A stretch of 64,000 nt of DNA. Origin: Anthoceros angustus. Taxonomy: Eukaryota; Plantae; Anthocerotophyta. The notes below the pieces were generated by a model, which saw only the letters and a list, made by a program, of their open reading frames with translations, had not been told where the DNA came from and made no database searches. A program made the position numbers and the translations under genes. The DNA is taken from NCBI GenBank assembly GCA_010909165.1, contig MU008183.1, positions 682,001-746,000 on the forward strand, read 5' to 3'. Positions 56,512 through 64,000 of the stretch are shown here, one piece after another (the first letter of the stretch is position 1; each line of letters starts with the position of its first letter).

Positions 56512-58752
56512 CTACACAAGAGCTATGCTGCTGTCTCCACCTGGTGGCTTCCGGATTCCACCTATAGAGTCTCGTGGAGGAGGTCTCTCATCGGCAAAGA
56601 TATCACTGCCAGTCATCTCTTTCAGTTTTGCTTGACTGAGAGCCTTCTCCACCGATAGAGTAGGAGTTTCGTCCTTGAAAATGTTGCTCCCGGTGAGCTC
56701 AGCCAGCTTCTGATCATGGACTTTCTTTGCCAACATTTCGGACTGCTCAGCCCCGAACAGAATCTGACTCTTACCTCCTGCAGGCTGCCAACCGAAAATT
56801 GACAGTCAGCAATCACAAACAGCTGGTCGTCTAAGGATATCAGAGGGTTTACGACAGCGGCAACTTACGTTTGAGACCCTCACAGAGGTATGTATGTTGC
56901 GAAGCTGCGAATCTGGGCTAGCGGTTTTGTTGTGTTCCCTGATCTCATTCCGCTGCACCGACCTTGGTGCATCCACAGGGGGAGGACCGAAAATATTGCT
57001 TCCACTGAGCTCCTTGGCCTTGTTGTTGGAAAACTGCCTCCCACGGTGAATATCCTGTGGGTTCTCTAGGTTGCCACACAGTTCACGCTGCTTTGCGACC
57101 TCAGGAATCGACGTGGGTTTCTTTGGAGAAACAATGTCTTCGCCTCCGAAGGATATCTGGCTCGCACCTCCCGCAGGCTTCAATATGCAAAATATGGACG
57201 GCATCAGATAATTCCTTCAAATCCGAAAAGTCCGCATTGCGTGACGAGGAAGAAAGCTGGCGAACTAGCGGCTCAAAACTACCTGGTGCGATAGCCGAAC
57301 GCTGGGGGTGTACGCAGCTTTTTCTGCCTCAATACCATCTGCTGAATCAGCCCCAAATATTCCACTCCCTGACATTTCCCTCCTCTTGGATTCAGATCCA
57401 GGCCTCCTGAAACTTAGGGTCAGATACAAATTGAGATCAACATGATGCTTTCGGCAACCGATTCCAGTCCCAACTCAAGAGCCCATAGTGCCTGAACGGG
57501 TGATCATAACCTGCGACCCTTGTTTCTGTGAAGGACTGACGACATGCTTAGGTCCATGGACTTCATGCACAACAAGCTTGAAGAATCACAAGAGCGTTGT
57601 CAAAGTGGCACTACAAATCCACCTGCAGGCCCAGTGTTTGCAGGGTTTTTGTTTCTGTGGCAAGCAGGACTACTCATTCACGATCCGGATCATGACCGGA
57701 GAAAGCAGCTACCTTTTGAGGAGAGCATCCGCTTCTTCTTGTGAGATTTGCTCGCCGAAGTTAATGTGGCTCACTCCACCAGCAGGCTGCACAGGTTCAC
57801 CTTCCATGTCAGAAGCTTGGCCACAAAATTAAGACTCATTCCAGCGCCACTCCACCGTGCGTGTCTAAGGCTCGCGAGTGCTGTACCGCAACGAAAGGAT
57901 AGAAGATAGTGAAATAGAGCATCGAAACCAGTCCATGATCAACACAAGATTGACGCAGTTCAAAACTTACAGCAGCCATGATGAGAGATCCTGTAATCCT
58001 AGGGAAACGTTCTATTCAGCGTCCAGACAGCTTGATGGCTAGCTCTGTGCATTATATTATAGGAATTGATTGTGCATGCAAATTTCAGTGCATTCCTCGG
58101 AGCAAAGATTTCAGTGCATCCTCCTTCCAGTGCGACCCAAAGGCAACACATCGTCAACAGAAGGCAAAACATGAAACACCGCCATCGCCACAGGTTCGCA
58201 GCAATGCATCACACGCACACACACAAGCTTATCCTGCAAGTCAATCGCCCATACTTCTCCACTCATAACACATGCATCCCTACATGCCTAAGCAGCTTAT
58301 CATATCCACCGAAGCATAACAAGCATTGGACCGGAAACAAAACAAGCAGCGGACTATCGCGATGCATCTAGGATCACATGTCCCACCACTCGATTCCTAA
58401 GTCGCATCTAAACCAAGAAACTCCGAGGCGCCGATAACACCGTTCCGCCATCGCATGACAGAAACCCGACTAATCCTCTCAAACACCATCCGCATCATCT
58501 CTCAACCGGCACTCTGCTCTCCGGAGTAGAACGTACCTGATGCATCCGGATTGTAGGCCGGCCCACGGGGCTGGCGCACACAGCTTGCTGGTCATTGACG
58601 GAGGCGAATCCATTGCTGTCGTTGGTGGCTGAGACTCGCACTGGAGGGCGGGCCGAGGGGTTGTCAGAGCCGTCGTACCAGCTGAAAAGATCGAAGGTGG
58701 AGTTTCCTCCAGGTGTCCCCTTCCGCGCTGGGCTCTTGAATTCCACAGGCAT
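56512..58752 (-). CDS. DUF4057-family protein (At4g39860-like) with repeated PxGG motifs as in HN1/Jupiter and SPIRAL1 microtubule-associated proteins
   Basis: Exons MPVEF...STFDLFSW...MHQ | PAGGVSHINFGEQISQEEADALLK | RPGSESKRREMSGSGIF | PAGGASQISF...SPKKPTSIPEVAKQRELCGN | PAGGKSQILF...KLAELTGSNIF...KLKEMTGSDIFAD...GGIRKPPGGDSSIALV*; GT-AG boundaries visible. Confidence 0.92.
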
Positions 58753-59213
58753 TTCTTGAAACCACGGCTACCAAAAAACTCCAATTATCCCGGAGCGACC
58801 ACCTAGTGCACAATGCGGATCCTCTGCAGCACCTCCACACACCACTGCCTCCTGCAGCCTTAATTCTCCCCCTCCTGTCCGGACCCTGCCTGCCGCCAAC
58901 CCTGCGCAGAGCGGAGCCGTGCACCGCAGCATCAGGACCCCTACCAAACCACAATGCACACATCCATGACCCCGAAACACAAAAGCACACTCGTTCCAGC
59001 CCCAGCCACGATCTCAATCCTCCTTCCTTCCCTCTTTCCCCTCGCAAAACCAAGCAAGAAGAGCGGCTTCCAAACCCCCGCAGTCGAGCAGCAAAACCCC
59101 TAGACCTGCTCCTCCGACGGGGCCACCGGCATTACCTCCCGAGGCTCCCCTCGCAGCAGACGCGAGGCAGCCAGGAAAAGAGAATGCGCGCACGGCGAAG
59201 CAGCAGCAGGGGC

Positions 59214-59246
59214 GGCGATGGCGATGGCGATGGCGATGGCGATGGC
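59214..59246. repeat. (GGCGAT)5 microsatellite
   Basis: Directly visible. Confidence 0.95.
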
Positions 59247-61573
59247 AGGCGAGGGAAAGGAGACGAGAGAAAGGGGCAGCGCGGGAGACGAGAGGGAGCA
59301 AGGACCGAGACGGGTTCCGTGCAGCAAGAGCCAAGGTTGGCACAGAAGGGGATGAAGAAGACCAGAGCAGCAGAGAGGCACAGGTAGGGAGAGAGAAGGC
59401 GCGAAAACCAGAAAAGGGAGAGAGAGACGGTTAACATAACTGCTCTGATTTAACCGCGGTCAGCTGTAGCGCTTGCCAGCTTAACCCCTAGTTAGAAAGT
59501 GGAGGGAAAGGACAGCCAGCTAAAAATGGGGCTGTCCGTGCACTGCACTGCATTGGAGTGCAACTCCGGGCTATGGGGCGCCAAATTCAAATCCCGGCCC
59601 GGGCCGGGCCCCGGCCTCGCTCCTGCCTCCATTGCGCCTGCTCCTGACCCGGCTCCAGTCGCCTGGCTGGCCCTCACTCAAAAACTGTCCGCTGCCGAAT
59701 GCGCTTGCGTCATTTGAATTCCATTCCTCATTCTCTCTCGGGTGCGAGTCCACTTCTCTTTGCTCTGCTGGTTTCGCGAATCGCGCTTGCTTTGCAACCA
59801 AGCTAGCTACCTATTTCTTTATGTTTACTCCTTTGTGTCCAACGCTGTATAAATCCTTTAGGTATGTATATTTAATTTTTTTCACGAGGCTTGGATGCAT
59901 TTGCTTACGCTGCCCTCTTCCGCTTACCACAGCTCCCACTTTTTGAGGTACTCTTGTCCCAAGACTTCATACCCTGCTTTTTCAGTCAAGGCATACTTAC
60001 TTGGGTGAGGTCAGGCCGACACCGTTGCCTCATGGAACATCCTCCATATTGCTATCAATGTGTAACCAGGGTTTGGCAAAGTGACCCGTCTAGGGTTTTT
60101 TTTTTCATTCAGTCCATATAAGTTACGCTGCAACAATTGCAGGTCATATAGCTTTCCCTTTCAAGAGTCTTCTCAATATTTTCACCTTTACGTTCTGATT
60201 TTATTTTACTTTGCTTTCCACAGCAGTAAACAAATAAGATTTTGGTTCAAACTCATGTTGGTCCAGAACTAGGCTTGAACCATGATTGAGCAGTGAGTGG
60301 AGCCTGCTAGAGTGCTGATAAGGTACTCTTGTTCATTGGATTAGAAGAAAAACAGATTGTTATAATCCATTAAGGATGGTATTTTCTGCCATGGGACATG
60401 ACAACATAAGGACAATCCACATCTTGTTAGAAGTCTAAAGAGCATGATATGTGATATGCTGGTGAGCGAACTCCTTCTTACAAATCCATACCACCCGTGC
60501 CAAGGGGGTGAAAGATGTAGCACATCATTCTGGGAGCTCTCCAATAAGAGGGAGTAGAAAGAGGCATAAACAACAATTCCAGACCTTGATAAAATTGGAA
60601 GATGCGCTGAGGGAATATTTTTGGCGAGGGATCTTTGGGCGAGTGCCGATTCGAATTCAAATTGTGAATGACGTCTGGCGGGCAGCGCGGGCTCGGCTGG
60701 GTAGCATGGGCCATGGGCCAGGGGTGGATTCATGCAAGATGCGTGGGCATTTATTCTGCTATGTTTGGTAGTTCAGTGAGGTAAACGTTGTGCCTACCTC
60801 ATGAGCCTGCACACTTGAGCAAAGAGTGTCACAGCCTCATGACGCTGCTTGGCAGAGCCGGTTAGGGCTACAACTTCCAGCAACGAACAGACCGGGCCGG
60901 AGAGGGACACAGCTCCTGACAACGGAGAGCGATGGGACCAGAAAGGGCTGATGATGGGAGAGTCAGGTTACATTAGGTGTCCAGTACCTATGTAAGCGGG
61001 ACTGTCCTCAATGTCCCTGCAGGCATGTAAACTGTGGGTTGATGGACTCTAACCATTTAGATTGCCCGAAAGTGGGCTAACTCATTGCTTCGGGTTTGGG
61101 AAGGACAGATGCTTGCTCTAGTATTCTATCCAGAGCTAGCAAGTGAGTGAGAGAGATGTACATACCATGGTTGCCTGATCCTTGACCTGGAGTAAGAGGA
61201 CACACAAATCTCGTCCTTCGACGACATGTTGGTCACTTCCGATAAGATTATCATTTGTTCGCATCGTACACAACACAGCTATCCACGAGGCAAGATCATT
61301 AATTACAATCAAATACTAGGTACACGTGCAGGTAGATTGCATACAAGGCGCGCCATAGGCTGCAGGAGGAATATGACCAGGAATATGTTACACTTATCAT
61401 ACTTGCGAGCTGCTTTCTTTTATACACTGGACGAGACTGGGGTTGCACCAGGCGCCTGACAGCAGGGACCTGTTCGCGTCCACGAATTCACGGGAAGTCG
61501 CGCTGTGGTGCAGTCGACACAATTTCGAGGAACAGCTTCTGCAGGCACGCTGTACATGATGTGGCTCAGCCTG

Positions 61574-63694
61574 CTATAAGTCATCACCGCCTGCCATGGC
61601 CTCTGGCACTGGCCCAGCCACCGACATAAAGGTCTCCACATCGAAATCTTGAGTTTGAAAGGCGAAGGTCCCATTTCCCCTGCCGTCCACACTTGCCCAG
61701 GAGCCTTCCATGACTCTTGTTGAGGTGTGAAGACATTGCAAATCAATTTGCCCACAATAATGCACCGATGCAGACGTGCCAGGTTCATACAGCTTCACCA
61801 TCTTGATTCTCAAGGTGTAGGGCTCACGGGAGTATGTACCTGCATAGGAAAATGCCATCATAATTTGACAGGATCGTTGACACACGTATCTTTGGAGCGT
61901 AAGCAGATGCTCAAGCATTGGTCAACAGAATGGGGACACCAACCGGGAGAATGGCAATAGCGACGAGCAGACTCACCTAGATACGTGTAGGTCCCTTCTA
62001 CATCGCTGCCAGAGCCAAATATACGGTTATTGTTCGTGAAGACAAAATCAGAATCGTTCGATCCGCGTTGATTGCTGTCGCCGCTCATTTCACAATAACC
62101 AGTCCATTGTTGCCCATAACCCTTTCTTCCGGCTGCCTTCTCAATTTTCAACTGAAATGCTTGGGGATTCTCTCGAGGTGCGTTCACATTCAGGTGCCAG
62201 TGACCTTCGATCACCTCAACGTCATTCAGGGTGCTTCTAACACCATTGTACAGGGCCCGATACTGTGGCTTATCCAGATATTGCTTCCGCAGCTCCAATT
62301 GGTTGCCGTCTGCATCACCTGATACCGAAAATGCAGGATCAACCTTCGGCTCTTTGAACCCAAATCGTCCAGCGATGGAAAGGAAACAGCAGTCTCGGTG
62401 AGTTGGTTACCTTCCCAGGTCCACTCTCCGCTTGAATCACTACCAAACCCACATAACCTATTGCTGCTTGTAACATACAATTCTGCAGTCATTTCGAGAA
62501 ATCGCCCATCTTGTTGGTACCATCCTTTCCAAACCTCCAGCTCAGTGACACCATGTGGGAGCTACAGAAAGAAAAGAAAATGAAAGCCACTATTAAGAAC
62601 TCTTTTCTACAAGCTGTTCCAAAACTTGACAGATGACACTCATCAACAAGATCAAGTTCTAACCTCCCAACTCAACACATACCTGCACACAGCTTGAGAC
62701 TGAGGGTGGAGAAAGTTCAGCACAGAAATCTCGTGTCTCCAACCGAAAGATCCCCTCTCCAGAATCAGAGACATTGACCCATTTGCCCTCCATGAGACTT
62801 GAAGCCTGGAATCTAAGATATAATTGTCCCCAGTAAATGACATAAGGAGAAGTGTTGGGTTCATAGACCTTCAAGGTAGTAATCTTTAAAGTGTTTCCTT
62901 CTTGAGCATACGTCCCTGCATGCCGACCATACACAGGGTCACAAAACGACCGGCTCACTTGAGCTAAACTTAGCCATATGACAATCCTCTGCAAGGAGGA
63001 CTGATCAATGTCCTGACAGTGAAGAAGAAATCATGCCATTAAGGAATGATTTGCAAGCTTTTGCTGTCAAGTAGAAGACGGAAAATGGACAATTTGATAA
63101 ACACCTGTGTGAGTGAAACTGCCCTCCATATCACTTCCAAAACCAAACATCTTATTATGACTGGTGAAAACGAATTCCGTGTCATCTGTCCCACGTCGAC
63201 CACTGCTGAGCTGCCAATAGCCTGTCCAAAGCTGTCCATAAGCTGTCTTCATTGAAGACGTCTCTCGCTGCAGGAAGAATTTTCCGGCATTCCTATAGTC
63301 GACCCTCCCATGACTTGTCAAAATTGACCAAGTTCCTTCCAATATCTCCTTCCCCTCTTCTTTGAAGCATTTTGTACCAAGATATCTAACACGGTGATCA
63401 CGCTTATTTATGTATTGCTTGTGAAGGAAGACTTGATGAATCCCAACATATTCACCTATTTGAACATCCAGTGAAACCCTCATCAGGAATGGATGACAAT
63501 TTACCATTTGCCATTGCTTGGACAAAACAAAAAAGCCACACACCTTCCCATGTCCACTGTCCAGCAGCGTCACTGCCATAGCCGCAAAGCCTGTTGCGGT
63601 TGGTAAGGTATAAAGCTGCTGTCATGCTTCTCTTCAATCCATCATGCTCATACCAGCCCTTCCAAGACTCGAACACACCTCGAATACGGGGGCT
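61574..63694 (-). CDS. Uncharacterised multi-exon protein with four about 115-aa beta-rich repeats (A-B-A-B); 5' end not resolved
   Basis: Repeated motifs W(K/T)G(W/Y)(Y/W/C), G(Y/F/S)GSDxxGx(W/F/Y)T, KxY, YxG, EGxW, GxFxL in ORFs 63452-63676, 63067-63579, 62659-62994, 62226-62492, 61858-62298 and 61574-61918; short GT-AG introns; acceptor at about 63695. Confidence 0.8.
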
Positions 63695-64000
63695 CTACAA
63701 ACATACAACCCACTGTCACTTCACTCCCTGTTCAACTAAAAGGGATCCAGCAAAATGAAGATTCAGAAACTCCCAGAAGAGAATGCTACCGAACGTACAA
63801 GTACACACCAGTCTGTTCGAAGACAAGGGGCCGGGAAACACTTCAGGAAATCCCCTCGTCTCCAGTCGAAATCGACCAGGTGCATTATGTGCTATGCCTT
63901 CCCAAATGCCCTCTAGGACTGTTGGAACCCCTGAAAACCCTCTGAACAGCTGACCCCAGTAGAGTGCACAAGTCGAATCAGGGTGTGGGTGGTCATACAG

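Noticed and set aside
59500-61400. Short ORFs between the DUF4057 gene and the beta-barrel gene
   Set aside because: No recognisable motifs or consistent exon chain.

Overview
Eukaryotic land-plant genomic DNA, most likely a Selaginella-type lycophyte (inference from short GT-AG introns, compact genes and PLS-type PPR remnants). Many 1-2 bp homopolymer differences between repeat copies suggest a noisy long-read assembly. Host genes: a minus-strand LRR receptor-like kinase (3801-9669) plus a decayed paralogue, a class III peroxidase (15762-17225), an intronless root-type ferredoxin-NADP+ reductase with a frameshifted tandem copy, a DUF4057-type gene with PGG motifs, an orphan beta-barrel-repeat gene, and two small orphan ORFs. 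Main discovery: a complete 23,615-bp DNA transposon at 17773-41387. It has perfect 27-bp terminal inverted repeats (TATGGAATACCGATCTCGTCACACGGG), a perfect 6-bp target-site duplication (GTTGCG), and a frameshifted IS3/IS481-like DDE transposase of the eukaryotic IS3EU type. About 20 kb of its interior is unidentified GC-rich coding-like cargo, apparently three units separated by two long, mutually inverted minisatellite/foldback arms. Several tandem duplications across the window have short microhomologies at their junctions; these could be real or assembly artefacts.
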